The notes under the pieces were generated by a model that saw only the letters and a program-made list of their open reading frames with translations, was not told the origin of the DNA and made no database searches. Position numbers and translations under genes: made by a program. Positions 49,415 to 61,536 of a DNA stretch of 64,000 nucleotides are shown one piece after another. The number at the start of each line of letters is the position of its first letter. The stretch's first letter is position 1. The DNA lies in the NCBI RefSeq assembly GCF_003334785.1, contig NZ_QOWV01000001.1; one strand, written 5' to 3'. The DNA is from Escherichia coli (lineage in GTDB: Bacteria; Pseudomonadota; Gammaproteobacteria; Enterobacterales; Enterobacteriaceae).

Positions 49415-50110
49415 TTAATCACGCTTTTCCAGCAGGGTCCGGTAAATCAGACCACCGATAATGCCGCCGACAATTGGCACCACCCAGAAGAACCACAGTT
49501 GTTCTAATGCCCAGCCGCCCTGGAAGATAGCAACCGCGGTGCTGCGCGCCGGGTTAACAGAAGTGTTAGTCACCGGAATACTAATTAAGTGAATCAGGGT
49601 TAAGGCCAGACCAATAGCGATCGGCGCAAAACCTGCCGGCGCGAATTTGTCGGTTGCGCCGTGGATCACCAACAGGAAACCTGCACTCAATACCAGTTCA
49701 ACTACCAGCGCGGAAAGCATGGAATAACCGCCTGGTGAATGCTCGCCATAACCGTTAGAAGCAAAACCGCTGGCTGCCGCGTCAAAACCCGTTTTACCAC
49801 TGGCAATTAAATACAGCAGCGCCGCTGCAACAATACCGCCGACAACCTGGGCAATTACGTAGCCAACGACTTCTTTTGCCGGAAAACGTCCGCCAGCCCA
49901 TAAACCAATAGTGACCGCCGGGTTAAAATGACCACCAGAAATATGACCAACAGCAAAGGCCATCGTCAGAACGGTCAGACCGAACGCCAACGCCACGCCG
50001 GCAAAACCAATGCCTAATTCCGGGAAGCCTGCGGCCAGTACAGCACTACCACAGCCACCAAAAACAAGCCAGAAAGTACCAAAACATTCAGCTGCTAATT
50101 TTCTGAACAT
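49415..50110 (-). CDS. aqpZ: Aquaporin Z
   Basis: 231 aa from ATG 50110 ([28 protein letters not shown]...), with two NPA motifs (HFNPAVT, VNPARS). Confidence 0.96.
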   Translation of the reverse strand: MFRKLAAECFGTFWLVFGGCGSAVLAAGFPELGIGFAGVALAFGLTVLTMAFAVGHISGGHFNPAVTIGLWAGGRFPAKEVVGYVIAQVVGGIVAAALLYLIASGKTGFDAAASGFASNGYGEHSPGGYSMLSALVVELVLSAGFLLVIHGATDKFAPAGFAPIAIGLALTLIHLISIPVTNTSVNPARSTAVAIFQGGWALEQLWFFWVVPIVGGIIGGLIYRTLLEKRD

Positions 50111-50535
50111 ATCCACCTCAATTAAAAATTGACCCTGTGAAAAATATGGTCGTTTTATAGGGTCGTCGTAAAAAAGTGACGACGGAAATAATGCGCGGCT
50201 ATTTTAAAAACGAAGGCGAGTCATTCACCAGATAAATAAATCCAGTAAATTTGATTTAGGGCAACAGCGGGTTGCCCCATATAGTCATTTGTCTGATTGA
50301 CAGTGTAGTGCACGCAAAAGATTTAATCCTTTAGGCGTAATAAAAAATAATTTATCATGCTAATTATTTGATTTTGTTGTTTTTGCAGACTTATCAGCAA
50401 GAGGGAGTATAACGCGATTATTCGCTCATTTTTCAGACATTTGCCATGCTTAAATGTGATGTCATCACGTATTAGCAAGGCCTTTCCCGTTATACTGCCA
50501 GCGTAAAGGATAAGTCACATATTTCTGGAGGGGAT

Positions 50536-52194
50536 ATGATTCTTGAGCGCGTTGAAATTGTGGGTTTTCGCGGTATCAACCGTTTGTCGTTGATGCTGGA
50601 ACAAAACAACGTCCTGATTGGGGAGAACGCGTGGGGTAAATCCAGCTTGCTGGACGCCTTAACTCTGCTGCTATCGCCAGAATCAGATCTCTACCATTTT
50701 GAGCGCGACGATTTCTGGTTCCCGCCGGGAGATATCAACGGGCGAGAACATCATCTGCATATTATTTTGACCTTCCGCGAATCGCTGCCAGGCCGACATC
50801 GGGTTCGCCGTTATCGGCCGCTGGAAGCGTGCTGGACGCCATGCACCGATGGCTATCACCGTATTTTTTATCGTCTGGAAGGGGAGAGTGCGGAAGACGG
50901 CAGCGTGATGACACTGCGCAGTTTTCTCGATAAAGACGGACATCCGATTGATGTCGAGGATATTAACGATCAGGCACGCCATCTGGTGCGTTTAATGCCG
51001 GTGCTGCGCTTGCGTGATGCCCGTTTTATGCGCCGTATTCGTAACGGCACGGTGCCAAATGTCCCTAATGTGGAAGTCACCGCGCGCCAGCTCGATTTCC
51101 TCGCCCGTGAGTTATCCTCACATCCGCAAAATCTCTCTGATGGGCAGATTCGTCAGGGACTTTCCGCAATGGTACAGCTGCTTGAGCATTATTTCTCTGA
51201 GCAGGGGGCCGGACAGGCGCGATATCGTTTAATGCGGCGGCGAGCCAGCAATGAGCAACGAAGCTGGCGCTATCTGGATATCATCAACCGGATGATTGAC
51301 CGACCTGGTGGGCGCTCGTATCGGGTTATTTTGCTCGGCCTATTTGCTACTTTGTTGCAGGCAAAAGGCACATTGCGACTGGATAAAGACGCCCGTCCAT
51401 TGTTGCTGATCGAAGATCCAGAAACCCGTTTACACCCCATTATGCTTTCAGTTGCCTGGCATCTGTTGAATCTTCTGCCATTGCAGCGCATTGCCACCAC
51501 CAACTCGGGTGAGTTGCTTTCGTTAACGCCGGTAGAGCATGTTTGCCGACTGGTACGTGAGTCCTCGCGCGTTGCCGCCTGGCGTCTGGGGCCGAGTGGC
51601 TTGAGTACCGAAGATAGCCGACGCATATCCTTTCACATTCGTTTTAACCGTCCGTCATCGCTGTTTGCACGCTGCTGGTTGCTGGTGGAAGGGGAAACGG
51701 AAACCTGGGTTATCAATGAACTGGCGCGTCAGTGCGGACATCATTTTGATGCCGAAGGGATCAAGGTCATTGAGTTTGCCCAGTCCGGGCTAAAGCCACT
51801 GGTTAAATTTGCCCGCCGAATGGGGATTGAATGGCATGTACTGGTCGATGGCGATGAAGCAGGGAAGAAATATGCCGCTACGGTACGCAGCCTGTTGAAT
51901 AACGATCGGGAAGCCGAACGAGAACATTTAACGGCGTTACCGGCGCTGGATATGGAACATTTTATGTATCGCCAGGGATTTTCCGATGTGTTCCACCGCA
52001 TGGCGCAAATCCCGGAAAATGTACCGATGAATCTACGCAAAATTATCTCGAAAGCGATCCATCGCTCTTCCAAACCCGATCTTGCCATTGAAGTGGCAAT
52101 GGAGGCAGGACGTCGTGGTGTGGACTCCGTACCGACGCTGCTGAAAAAAATGTTCTCACGCGTGCTGTGGCTGGCGCGCGGTCGCGCGGATTAA
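50536..52194 (+). CDS. ybjD: OLD-family ATPase-TOPRIM protein YbjD
   Basis: 552 aa with an N-terminal ABC/AAA-like ATPase (Walker A GENAWGKSS) and a C-terminal TOPRIM (LLVEGETE ... VLVDGDEAG). Confidence 0.9.
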   Translation: MILERVEIVGFRGINRLSLMLEQNNVLIGENAWGKSSLLDALTLLLSPESDLYHFERDDFWFPPGDINGREHHLHIILTFRESLPGRHRVRRYRPLEACWTPCTDGYHRIFYRLEGESAEDGSVMTLRSFLDKDGHPIDVEDINDQARHLVRLMPVLRLRDARFMRRIRNGTVPNVPNVEVTARQLDFLARELSSHPQNLSDGQIRQGLSAMVQLLEHYFSEQGAGQARYRLMRRRASNEQRSWRYLDIINRMIDRPGGRSYRVILLGLFATLLQAKGTLRLDKDARPLLLIEDPETRLHPIMLSVAWHLLNLLPLQRIATTNSGELLSLTPVEHVCRLVRESSRVAAWRLGPSGLSTEDSRRISFHIRFNRPSSLFARCWLLVEGETETWVINELARQCGHHFDAEGIKVIEFAQSGLKPLVKFARRMGIEWHVLVDGDEAGKKYAATVRSLLNNDREAEREHLTALPALDMEHFMYRQGFSDVFHRMAQIPENVPMNLRKIISKAIHRSSKPDLAIEVAMEAGRRGVDSVPTLLKKMFSRVLWLARGRAD

Positions 52195-53183
52195 CCGCGA
52201 AACATCGTGGCCATTTGTGGCTGAATAGCGTCGAGCATCTCATAGCGCCGACGGTATTCAGCCCGTTTTTTACTGGCGATTTCGGCAATCTCTTTTCGTG
52301 CTATCTGTGCTGGAAGGCGGTAATGGCGTTCAGCATCACATACGCCGCCAACCGATTCCCAGAAAGCGTTGTAATCAGCGTGGATCTTGCCTTCTTTATC
52401 GCGATAACGCAGGCTGCGGTAAATATGCGTTTCATTGCTGACGGCAATAATCTGCTCTACCTGCAAACGTTGGGCAAACAGACAGGCCGCTTCCATCACG
52501 AGGCGTTTGGGAAATAGCCCGTGGCAGGCTTTCGTCGCATTCTGGATTTCCTGATGTGGAATTTCCCATTTTGCGCCTTGCAGTCCGCCAATAAACATCG
52601 TTCTTTTCCCCTGATATTCACACAGGGTAAACGTGATCTCTGCCAGAGGAATACCTTCGCTGTTGCGGAACAGGATTGTGCTGTCACCTTCTTTATCCAT
52701 TGAGATCATCATGGTCAGCTCAAGCGTGAACTGCTCGCCGTTTTTGCCTTCCAGCTTCGCCAGTTGCAGCCCGGGGGTATTCAAATATAAGCTGAATTCT
52801 TCCGCCGACATACATTCGCGGAGTAACGCATAATGGTAACGTAACGCCTCCAGCAATTGCTTACGGCTAAGATTCGCCGCAAGGTAAGGGCGATGCAGAC
52901 GCACAGGCAGTCGCGGCTGGCGCGTTAACAATACATTGAGATTAGGCCAGTGGGAAAGTTCGTTCATCCACTCAACGCTTAAACGCGGCATAATCAACGA
53001 GCGCAGCAAAAATTTCTGGCGAAAACTACGGCGATGCCAGAATTTACCCGGCCGACACTGTCCACGTGCCAGACTAAGAAAAAGTGACAGGCTGCTGAGA
53101 GATTCAGATGGCGTAAAGGTCCGTTCAGTTAGCTGCGACATATTCATGAAATCAATGGTTATACATGGCGTCGATTTCACCAT
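52191..53183 (-). CDS. ybjX: DUF535/VirK-family protein YbjX
   Basis: 330 aa. Position and length match K-12 ybjX, and its stop overlaps the ybjD stop convergently. Confidence 0.85.
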   Translation of the reverse strand: MVKSTPCITIDFMNMSQLTERTFTPSESLSSLSLFLSLARGQCRPGKFWHRRSFRQKFLLRSLIMPRLSVEWMNELSHWPNLNVLLTRQPRLPVRLHRPYLAANLSRKQLLEALRYHYALLRECMSAEEFSLYLNTPGLQLAKLEGKNGEQFTLELTMMISMDKEGDSTILFRNSEGIPLAEITFTLCEYQGKRTMFIGGLQGAKWEIPHQEIQNATKACHGLFPKRLVMEAACLFAQRLQVEQIIAVSNETHIYRSLRYRDKEGKIHADYNAFWESVGGVCDAERHYRLPAQIARKEIAEIASKKRAEYRRRYEMLDAIQPQMATMFRG

Positions 53184-53297
53184 TGCGTATCTTAACCAAA
53201 CATCAATAGTGTGATTACTAACGTAAATTTTAGGGTTTTGTTGATATTTCGTTGAAGTTAATGACCCGGATTGGCATATGGAGTATTCAGAAAATTT

Positions 53298-54413
53298 ATG
53301 AAAAAGCGGAAAACCGTGAAGAAGCGTTACGTTATTGCGCTGGTGATAGTCATCGCCGGACTGATTACGTTATGGAGAATTCTTAACGCACCCGTGCCGA
53401 CTTATCAGACGCTGATTGTGCGCCCCGGTGATTTACAGCAAAGCGTGCTGGCGACCGGAAAGCTGGACGCGCTGCGTAAGGTTGATGTGGGCGCGCAGGT
53501 CAGCGGTCAGTTGAAAACTCTGTCGGTGGCGATTGGCGATAAAGTAAAAAAAGACCAGCTTTTAGGGGTTATTGATCCTGAACAGGCTGAAAACCAGATT
53601 AAGGAGGTCGAAGCAACGCTGATGGAGCTACGTGCGCAGCGGCAGCAGGCGGAAGCGGAGCTGAAACTGGCGCGGGTGACGTATTCCCGTCAGCAACGTC
53701 TGGCACAAACGAAGGCTGTTTCACAGCAGGATCTCGACACCGCCGCGACGGAGATGGCTGTGAAACAGGCGCAAATTGGCACCATTGACGCGCAAATCAA
53801 GCGCAATCAGGCTTCTCTCGATACGGCTAAAACCAATCTCGATTACACTCGCATCGTTGCCCCGATGGCCGGGGAAGTCACGCAAATCACCACTCTGCAA
53901 GGCCAGACGGTGATTGCCGCACAACAAGCACCGAACATTCTGACGCTGGCAGATATGAGCACCATGCTGGTAAAAGCGCAGGTTTCTGAAGCGGATGTAA
54001 TCCACCTGAAGCCGGGGCAAAAAGCCTGGTTTACGGTGCTTGGCGATCCACTGACGCGCTACGAGGGGCAAATCAAGGATGTACTACCGACGCCGGAAAA
54101 GGTTAACGACGCTATTTTCTATTACGCCCGTTTTGAAGTCCCCAACCCCAATGGTTTGCTGCGGCTGGATATGACTGCGCAAGTGCATATTCAGCTCACC
54201 GATGTGAAAAATGTGCTGACGATCCCTCTGTCGGCGTTAGGCGATCCGGTTGGCGATAATCGTTATAAAGTCAAATTGTTGCGTAATGGTGAAACACGCG
54301 AGCGTGAAGTGACGATTGGCGCACGTAACGATACCGATGTTGAGATTGTCAAAGGGCTTGAAGCGGGCGATGAAGTGGTGATTGGTGAGGCCAAACCAGG
54401 AGCTGCACAATGA
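53298..54413 (+). CDS. macA: Macrolide efflux membrane-fusion protein MacA
   Basis: 371 aa from ATG 53298 ([26 protein letters not shown]...), with the HlyD-type coiled-coil hairpin. Confidence 0.94.
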   Translation: MKKRKTVKKRYVIALVIVIAGLITLWRILNAPVPTYQTLIVRPGDLQQSVLATGKLDALRKVDVGAQVSGQLKTLSVAIGDKVKKDQLLGVIDPEQAENQIKEVEATLMELRAQRQQAEAELKLARVTYSRQQRLAQTKAVSQQDLDTAATEMAVKQAQIGTIDAQIKRNQASLDTAKTNLDYTRIVAPMAGEVTQITTLQGQTVIAAQQAPNILTLADMSTMLVKAQVSEADVIHLKPGQKAWFTVLGDPLTRYEGQIKDVLPTPEKVNDAIFYYARFEVPNPNGLLRLDMTAQVHIQLTDVKNVLTIPLSALGDPVGDNRYKVKLLRNGETREREVTIGARNDTDVEIVKGLEAGDEVVIGEAKPGAAQ

Positions 54414-56356
54414 CGCCTTTGCTCGAATTAAAGGATATTCGTCGCAGCTATCCTGCCGGTGATGAGCAGGTTGAGGTGCTGAAGGGCATCAGCCTCGATA
54501 TTTATGCGGGTGAGATGGTCGCGATTGTTGGCGCTTCGGGTTCCGGTAAATCGACCCTGATGAATATTCTCGGCTGTCTGGATAAGGCCACCAGCGGCAC
54601 CTATCGCGTCGCCGGTCAGGATGTTGCCACGCTGGACGCCGATGCGCTGGCGCAACTGCGCCGCGAGCATTTCGGCTTTATTTTCCAGCGTTACCATTTG
54701 CTTTCGCATTTAACCGCCGAGCAGAACGTTGAAGTACCCGCCGTCTATGCTGGTCTTGAGCGGAAACAGCGACTGCTTCGTGCCCAGGAGTTGCTGCAAC
54801 GGCTGGGGCTGGAAGACCGTACAGAGTATTATCCGGCACAGCTTTCGGGTGGTCAGCAACAGCGCGTCAGCATCGCGCGGGCATTGATGAACGGTGGTCA
54901 GGTAATTCTTGCCGATGAACCAACCGGCGCACTGGACAGCCATTCTGGCGAAGAGGTGATGGCGATCCTGCATCAGCTGCGCGATCGTGGGCATACGGTG
55001 ATTATCGTCACCCACGATCCGCAGGTCGCTGCTCAGGCCGAGCGGGTGATCGAAATTCGCGACGGCGAAATTGTGCGCAATCCTCCCGCCATTGAAAAAG
55101 TGAATGTTACTGGCGGGACGGAACCTGTTGTCAACACGGTGTCTGGCTGGCGGCAGTTTGTCAGCGGTTTTAACGAGGCGCTGACGATGGCATGGCGGGC
55201 GCTGGCAGCGAATAAAATGCGTACTTTACTGACCATGCTGGGGATTATTATCGGTATTGCGTCGGTGGTTTCCATTGTCGTGGTGGGTGACGCCGCCAAA
55301 CAAATGGTGCTGGCGGATATTCGTTCTATTGGTACGAATACTATTGATGTCTATCCCGGGAAAGATTTTGGCGATGACGATCCGCAATATCAGCAGGCGC
55401 TGAAGTACGACGACTTAATCGCCATCCAAAAACAACCGTGGGTCGCCTCAGCCACACCTGCCGTCTCGCAAAACCTGCGCCTGCGTTATAACAATGTTGA
55501 TGTTGCTGCCAGTGCCAATGGCGTGAGCGGCGATTATTTTAATGTCTATGGCATGACCTTCAGTGAAGGAAACACCTTTAATCAGGAGCAGCTGAACGGT
55601 CGTGCGCAGGTCGTGGTTCTCGACAGTAATACTCGCCGCCAGCTTTTCCCCCATAAAGCAGATGTGGTTGGCGAGGTGATTCTGGTCGGCAATATGCCCG
55701 CCAGAGTCATTGGTGTGGCGGAAGAAAAACAGTCGATGTTTGGTAGCAGTAAAGTGCTGCGTGTCTGGCTACCTTACAGCACGATGTCCGGGCGAGTTAT
55801 GGGCCAGTCGTGGCTTAACTCCATTACTGTCAGGGTGAAAGAAGGATTTGACAGCGCCGAGGCGGAACAGCAACTCACGCGTTTACTTTCACTGCGCCAC
55901 GGAAAGAAGGATTTCTTTACCTGGAACATGGACGGCGTCTTGAAAACTGTTGAAAAGACCACACGTACTTTACAACTGTTTCTGACGCTGGTGGCGGTGA
56001 TTTCGCTGGTGGTGGGCGGTATTGGTGTAATGAATATTATGCTGGTGTCAGTGACCGAGCGGACGCGGGAAATTGGCATTCGCATGGCTGTAGGTGCGCG
56101 AGCAAGCGATGTTTTGCAACAGTTCCTGATCGAAGCCGTACTGGTTTGCCTGGTCGGTGGCGCGTTGGGAATAACACTGTCACTGTTAATTGCTTTCACC
56201 TTGCAGCTTTTCTTACCCGGCTGGGAGATTGGTTTTTCACCGTTGGCGCTGCTGCTGGCGTTTCTCTGCTCGACGGTCACCGGGATTTTATTTGGCTGGT
56301 TACCCGCACGAAATGCGGCACGACTGGATCCAGTAGATGCTCTGGCACGAGAGTAA
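54410..56356 (+). CDS. macB: Macrolide efflux ABC transporter MacB (ATPase fused to FtsX-type permease)
   Basis: 648 aa with Walker [10 protein letters not shown], the signature LSGGQQQR and a C-terminal 4-TM FtsX domain. Its start overlaps the macA stop. Confidence 0.96.
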   Translation: MTPLLELKDIRRSYPAGDEQVEVLKGISLDIYAGEMVAIVGASGSGKSTLMNILGCLDKATSGTYRVAGQDVATLDADALAQLRREHFGFIFQRYHLLSHLTAEQNVEVPAVYAGLERKQRLLRAQELLQRLGLEDRTEYYPAQLSGGQQQRVSIARALMNGGQVILADEPTGALDSHSGEEVMAILHQLRDRGHTVIIVTHDPQVAAQAERVIEIRDGEIVRNPPAIEKVNVTGGTEPVVNTVSGWRQFVSGFNEALTMAWRALAANKMRTLLTMLGIIIGIASVVSIVVVGDAAKQMVLADIRSIGTNTIDVYPGKDFGDDDPQYQQALKYDDLIAIQKQPWVASATPAVSQNLRLRYNNVDVAASANGVSGDYFNVYGMTFSEGNTFNQEQLNGRAQVVVLDSNTRRQLFPHKADVVGEVILVGNMPARVIGVAEEKQSMFGSSKVLRVWLPYSTMSGRVMGQSWLNSITVRVKEGFDSAEAEQQLTRLLSLRHGKKDFFTWNMDGVLKTVEKTTRTLQLFLTLVAVISLVVGGIGVMNIMLVSVTERTREIGIRMAVGARASDVLQQFLIEAVLVCLVGGALGITLSLLIAFTLQLFLPGWEIGFSPLALLLAFLCSTVTGILFGWLPARNAARLDPVDALARE

Positions 56357-56366
56357 TTTTTGAGAT

Positions 56367-56396
56367 AAAAATGCCAGCCGATCGGGCTGGCATTTT
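56367..56396. terminator. Bidirectional terminator between macB and cspD
   Basis: AAAATGCCAGCC (56368-56379) pairs with GGCTGGCATTTT (85-96). A-runs and T-runs flank the hairpin on both sides. Confidence 0.8.
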
Positions 56397-56428
56397 GCCT
56401 TTAGGATGTACACAATGAGACAGAAGAG

Positions 56429-56653
56429 CTATGCGACTGCCGCTTCTACTTCGACGGGCACAATAACACTGGCGTGATTGCCTTTTGGCCCCTGGTGGAC
56501 ATCAAACTGAACGGATTGTCCAGCTTTTAGCGTTCTGTAACCATCCATCTGAATGGTGGAATAATGAGCGAAAATATCTTCGCCGCCGCCTTCAGGGCAG
56601 ATGAAACCAAACCCTTTGGCATTGTTGAACCACTTAACAGTACCCTTTTCCAT
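56429..56653 (-). CDS. cspD: Stationary-phase cold-shock-domain protein CspD
   Basis: 74 aa from ATG 56653 (MEKGTVKWFNNAKGFGFICPEGGGEDIFAHYS...), with RNP1/RNP2 motifs. Confidence 0.96.
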   Translation of the reverse strand: MEKGTVKWFNNAKGFGFICPEGGGEDIFAHYSTIQMDGYRTLKAGQSVQFDVHQGPKGNHASVIVPVEVEAAVA

Positions 56654-56975
56654 GCTTCGACATCCTTCGCAAATCTTATACAAGTAAGATGGAATAAACC
56701 GGGGTCAGAGAGGGGGCTGTTCAAAACCTCGCCAACTCTAGAAATACAATTTAGAGAATTAGGGCGAGCCGTCAAGCATTTGACAGGGGACAAGGGGCAG
56801 GTATGAATCAAAAATTTGAAGCAGTTAACGCTATTGACAGGAATGTGACAGATGTCGCTGATGCCAACGATAGATGATAGTTATCTATCATGTGGAGTAG
56901 ATTGGTCAGGCAAATAAGCTCTTGTCAGCGGCAGGGCGTTCTGCCGATAACCGTAACCGAAGATGATAACTGACA

Positions 56976-57296
56976 ATGGGTAAAACGAACGACTGGCTGG
57001 ACTTTGATCAACTGGCGGAAGAAAAAGTTCGCGACGCGCTAAAACCGCCATCTATGTATAAAGTGATATTAGTCAATGATGATTACACTCCGATGGAGTT
57101 TGTTATTGACGTGTTACAAAAATTCTTTTCTTATGATGTAGAACGTGCAACGCAATTGATGCTCGCTGTTCACTACCAGGGGAAGGCCATTTGCGGAGTC
57201 TTTACCGCCGAGGTTGCAGAAACCAAAGTGGCGATGGTGAACAAGTACGCGAGGGAGAATGAGCATCCATTGCTGTGTACGCTAGAAAAAGCCTGA
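56976..57296 (+). CDS. clpS: ClpA adaptor ClpS
   Basis: 106 aa. [43 protein letters not shown] is recognised as ClpS. Confidence 0.96.
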
Positions 57297-57326
57297 ATGC
57301 AGGCATAAAAATTGGGGGAGGTGCCT

Positions 57327-59603
57327 ATGCTCAATCAAGAACTGGAACTCAGTTTAAATATGGCTTTCGCCAGAGCGCGCGAGCACCGTCATGAGTTTAT
57401 GACCGTCGAGCACTTGTTACTGGCGCTGCTCAGTAACCCATCTGCCCGGGAGGCGCTGGAAGCGTGTTCTGTGGATTTGGTTGCGCTCCGTCAGGAACTG
57501 GAAGCCTTTATTGAACAAACCACACCCGTTCTGCCTGCCAGTGAAGAGGAGCGCGACACACAGCCGACGCTGAGTTTTCAGCGTGTACTGCAACGTGCGG
57601 TCTTCCATGTCCAGTCCTCCGGTCGCAATGAGGTTACCGGTGCAAACGTTCTGGTCGCTATCTTTAGCGAACAGGAGTCGCAGGCGGCATATCTGTTGCG
57701 TAAACATGAAGTCAGCCGTCTCGATGTGGTGAACTTTATCTCTCATGGCACGCGTAAAGACGAGCCGACACAGTCTTCTGATCCTGGCAGCCAGCCAAAC
57801 AGCGAAGAACAAGCTGGTGGGGAGGAACGTATGGAGAATTTCACGACGAACCTGAATCAGCTTGCGCGCGTGGGCGGAATCGACCCACTGATTGGTCGTG
57901 AGAAGGAGCTGGAGCGTGCTATTCAGGTTCTCTGCCGTCGCCGTAAAAACAACCCGCTGCTGGTGGGGGAATCTGGTGTCGGTAAAACCGCGATTGCGGA
58001 AGGTCTTGCCTGGCGAATTGTTCAGGGCGATGTGCCGGAAGTGATGGCTGACTGTACGATTTACTCTCTCGATATCGGTTCTCTGTTAGCGGGCACAAAA
58101 TATCGCGGCGACTTTGAAAAACGTTTTAAAGCGTTGCTCAAGCAGCTGGAGCAGGACACTAACAGCATCCTGTTTATTGATGAGATCCACACCATTATCG
58201 GTGCGGGTGCAGCGTCTGGTGGTCAGGTCGATGCGGCTAACCTAATCAAACCGTTGCTCTCCAGCGGTAAAATTCGTGTAATTGGTTCGACAACCTATCA
58301 GGAGTTCAGCAACATTTTCGAGAAAGACCGTGCTCTGGCGCGTCGCTTCCAGAAAATTGATATTACTGAACCGTCGATCGAAGAAACTGTTCAAATCATC
58401 AATGGCCTGAAACCGAAGTATGAAGCGCACCACGACGTGCGTTATACCGCAAAAGCGGTGCGTGCGGCGGTAGAGCTGGCGGTGAAATACATTAACGATC
58501 GTCATCTGCCGGATAAAGCCATTGATGTTATCGACGAAGCGGGCGCTCGCGCACGCCTGATGCCGGTAAGCAAACGCAAGAAAACCGTTAATGTGGCGGA
58601 TATTGAGTCCGTGGTGGCCCGTATTGCACGCATTCCAGAGAAGAGTGTTTCTCAGAGTGATCGTGATACCCTGAAAAACCTCGGCGATCGCTTGAAAATG
58701 CTGGTCTTCGGTCAGGATAAAGCCATTGAGGCGCTGACTGAAGCCATTAAGATGGCGCGTGCAGGTTTAGGTCACGAACATAAACCGGTTGGTTCGTTCC
58801 TGTTTGCCGGCCCTACCGGGGTCGGGAAAACAGAGGTGACGGTACAGCTTTCGAAAGCTTTGGGCATTGAGCTTCTGCGCTTTGATATGTCCGAGTATAT
58901 GGAACGCCATACCGTCAGCCGTCTTATTGGTGCGCCTCCGGGATACGTTGGTTTTGATCAGGGCGGTTTGCTGACTGATGCGGTCATCAAGCATCCACAT
59001 GCGGTGCTGCTGCTGGACGAAATCGAGAAAGCGCACCCGGACGTGTTCAATATTCTGTTGCAGGTGATGGATAACGGTACGCTGACCGATAACAACGGAC
59101 GCAAAGCAGACTTCCGTAACGTGGTGCTGGTGATGACCACCAACGCCGGGGTACGGGAAACTGAGCGCAAATCCATTGGTCTTATCCACCAGGATAACAG
59201 CACCGATGCGATGGAAGAGATCAAGAAGATCTTTACACCGGAATTCCGTAACCGTCTCGACAACATTATCTGGTTTGATCATCTGTCAACCGACGTGATC
59301 CATCAGGTGGTGGATAAATTCATCGTCGAGTTGCAGGTTCAGCTGGATCAGAAAGGTGTTTCTCTGGAAGTGAGCCAGGAAGCGCGTAACTGGCTGGCCG
59401 AGAAAGGTTACGACCGGGCAATGGGCGCTCGTCCGATGGCGCGTGTCATCCAGGACAACCTGAAAAAACCGCTCGCCAACGAACTGCTGTTTGGTTCGCT
59501 GGTGGACGGCGGTCAGGTCACCGTCGCGCTGGATAAAGAGAAAAATGAGCTGACTTACGGATTCCAGAGTGCACAAAAGCACAAGGCGGAAGCAGCGCAT
59601 TAA
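57327..59603 (+). CDS. clpA: ATP-dependent Clp protease unfoldase ClpA
   Basis: 758 aa from ATG 57327 ([24 protein letters not shown]...), with two AAA+ modules ([16 protein letters not shown]). Confidence 0.97.
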   Translation: MLNQELELSLNMAFARAREHRHEFMTVEHLLLALLSNPSAREALEACSVDLVALRQELEAFIEQTTPVLPASEEERDTQPTLSFQRVLQRAVFHVQSSGRNEVTGANVLVAIFSEQESQAAYLLRKHEVSRLDVVNFISHGTRKDEPTQSSDPGSQPNSEEQAGGEERMENFTTNLNQLARVGGIDPLIGREKELERAIQVLCRRRKNNPLLVGESGVGKTAIAEGLAWRIVQGDVPEVMADCTIYSLDIGSLLAGTKYRGDFEKRFKALLKQLEQDTNSILFIDEIHTIIGAGAASGGQVDAANLIKPLLSSGKIRVIGSTTYQEFSNIFEKDRALARRFQKIDITEPSIEETVQIINGLKPKYEAHHDVRYTAKAVRAAVELAVKYINDRHLPDKAIDVIDEAGARARLMPVSKRKKTVNVADIESVVARIARIPEKSVSQSDRDTLKNLGDRLKMLVFGQDKAIEALTEAIKMARAGLGHEHKPVGSFLFAGPTGVGKTEVTVQLSKALGIELLRFDMSEYMERHTVSRLIGAPPGYVGFDQGGLLTDAVIKHPHAVLLLDEIEKAHPDVFNILLQVMDNGTLTDNNGRKADFRNVVLVMTTNAGVRETERKSIGLIHQDNSTDAMEEIKKIFTPEFRNRLDNIIWFDHLSTDVIHQVVDKFIVELQVQLDQKGVSLEVSQEARNWLAEKGYDRAMGARPMARVIQDNLKKPLANELLFGSLVDGGQVTVALDKEKNELTYGFQSAQKHKAEAAH

Positions 59604-59626
59604 TCTGATTGTTAGGTAGGTTGGTC

Positions 59627-59664
59627 AAGTCCGTAATCTCGAAAGAGGTTACGGACTTTTTGTT
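59627..59664 (+). terminator. Rho-independent terminator of clpA
   Basis: AAGTCCGTAA (59627-59636) pairs with TTACGGACTT (59649-59658), followed by TTTTGTTT. Confidence 0.8.
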
Positions 59665-59815
59665 TATGGGGTGGAGGAGGTTCAGACCCTTTTTTTAATG
59701 ATGATGGTAAGTTGTTGATAATTAGTGCTGCGGGAAGGTAAGGATAAAAAAGGGTGCTGCAGGAGAATGGGATGGTTTTGCTTTATTAACAACGGGCTAA
59801 ACGTGTAGTATTTGA

Positions 59816-59903
59816 GTTCACTGCCGTACAGGCAGCTTAGAAATTCACAGGTAACATACTCCACCCGCCCACCATGTTCACTGCCGTACAGACAGATAAA
59901 ATG
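59816..59903 (+). CRISPR. Orphan type I-F CRISPR mini-array (2 repeats, 1 spacer), no cas genes in window
   Basis: Repeat 1 is GTTCACTGCCGTACAGGCAGCTTAGAAA (59816-59843), the canonical E. coli I-F repeat. The 32-nt spacer is TTCACAGGTAACATACTCCACCCGCCCACCAT (59844-59875). The degenerate terminal repeat is GTTCACTGCCGTACAGACAGATAAAATG (59876-59903). An AT-rich leader-like region lies upstream. Confidence 0.9.
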
Positions 59904-59946
59904 CGAAAAAAAAGCTCGCACTTTCGTACGAGCTCTTCTTTAAATA

Positions 59947-60034
59947 TGGCGGTGAGGGGGGGATTCGAACCCCCGATACGTTGCCGTATACACACTTTCC
60001 AGGCGTGCTCCTTCAGCCACTCGGACACCTCACC
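59947..60034 (-). tRNA. serW: tRNA-Ser (anticodon GGA)
   Basis: The minus strand reads GGTGAGGTGTCCGAGTGGCTGAAGGAGCACGCCTGGAAAGTGTGTATACGGCAACGTATCGGGGGTTCGAATCCCCCCCTCACCGCCA (88 nt). It has a long variable arm, an encoded CCA, and the anticodon loop CTGGAAA. Confidence 0.95.
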
Positions 60035-60287
60035 AAATTGTTTTGCTACCAAACCTCATGGGTGGCAACGGGGCGCTACTATAGGGAGTTGGAGTAAAAC
60101 GGTCAAGAAGAATTTTAATGATAATTATTGTTTGCTCATACTGTAAACAAGTTGTGCAGTATATCTACATCGAGACAAGTTACGGACTTATACTTCCAAA
60201 GTACTTCATACATATCACAAAATAAAAAGGCCGGTTAAACCGACCTTTTACTCGTTCTTTCTCTTCGCCCATCAGGCGGTAAAACAA

Positions 60288-60509
<222 letters not shown>

Positions 60510-60790
60510 ATCCTCTGGGGTATCACTACCGTAATTTGAACCGGCAAGATAATGCCGAAGTTCTGTAAATAAGTAAAGATTTGCGCGCTAAATCGCAACA
60601 AACAGGTTCGGCACATTACTCCGAAAACACACGGCTAAGCCGCACCAAAAGCGCAACGTATAAGGGAGCGGTGAGATAAACGATGGGCGTTACCTGACGC
60701 GAAAAATTCCTTATCGGCAGCGGGGTAATGAGCGTAACCAACTCTGCGACCGCAATTATAACACTCTGGGGAGAAATGTGCCGAAAACAT

Positions 60791-61495
60791 TCATTCTTGT
60801 GGTGAAAACAAGCATCGTGGTACCCAGAAATTATTCGGCAATCGTCCGAGGCGCATTTGATTGAGATAATTAAGGTAATCCCGGCGGGGAATTTCGCAGG
60901 CACCAAGCGATGCTGTGTGATCGTTAAGGACCTGGCAGTCGATAAGCTTACCGCCATGACCGATAAATTCCTCACAGAATACCAGAAGCGCCGTTTTAGA
61001 CGCATTTTCCATCCGGCTGAACATGGACTCGCCACAAAATAGCGTTCCCTGGGCCACGCCGTACATACCGCCGACAAGCTCATCTTCACGCCAGACTTCA
61101 ATGGAGTGGGCATGGCCGAGTTCGTGAAGGCGATGGTAGGCTTCGACCACGCCACGCGTGATCCAGGTTCCTTCTTCGCGATCGCTGGCACAGCCTTCAA
61201 TGACCTGACCAAAAGCGTAATTCATCGTGACACGATAGGGCGAGCGTTTATGAAATCGCTTCATACTACGGCTGATATGCAGTGATTCTGGCCATAGCAC
61301 CGCGCGGGGATCGGGCGACCACCAGAGGATGGGGTCGCCTGGAGAAAACCACGGAAAAATACCACGCTGGTAAGCCATTAACAGGCGCGCAGGGCTAAGA
61401 TCGCCCCCAAGTGCCAGCAGGCCGTTAGGCTCACGTAATGCGCCTTCCGGGGAAGGGAAGGCTATTGAATGGCGAGAAAGCTGAACCAGGCGCAT
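60791..61495 (-). CDS. aat: Leucyl/phenylalanyl-tRNA-protein transferase
   Basis: 234 aa. [50 protein letters not shown] is recognised as Aat. Confidence 0.95.
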
Positions 61496-61536
61496 GACCG
61501 CAAAACTCCACGCAAGTCGGATCGTTCAATAATAGC

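Noticed and set aside
50536-53183. ybjD plus ybjX as a two-gene defence operon
   Set aside because: The genes are convergent, with stops overlapping at 52191-52194. They cannot be co-transcribed, and both are K-12 core genes.
59682-60146. Three track ORFs (79, 71 and 90 aa) around the CRISPR repeats and serW
   Set aside because: They read through CRISPR repeats or the tRNA-Ser gene, so these are RNA features and not coding sequence.
60616-61212. 198-aa minus-strand ORF overlapping aat
   Set aside because: It is out of frame with the well-recognised aat gene and extends through the infA-aat intergenic region.
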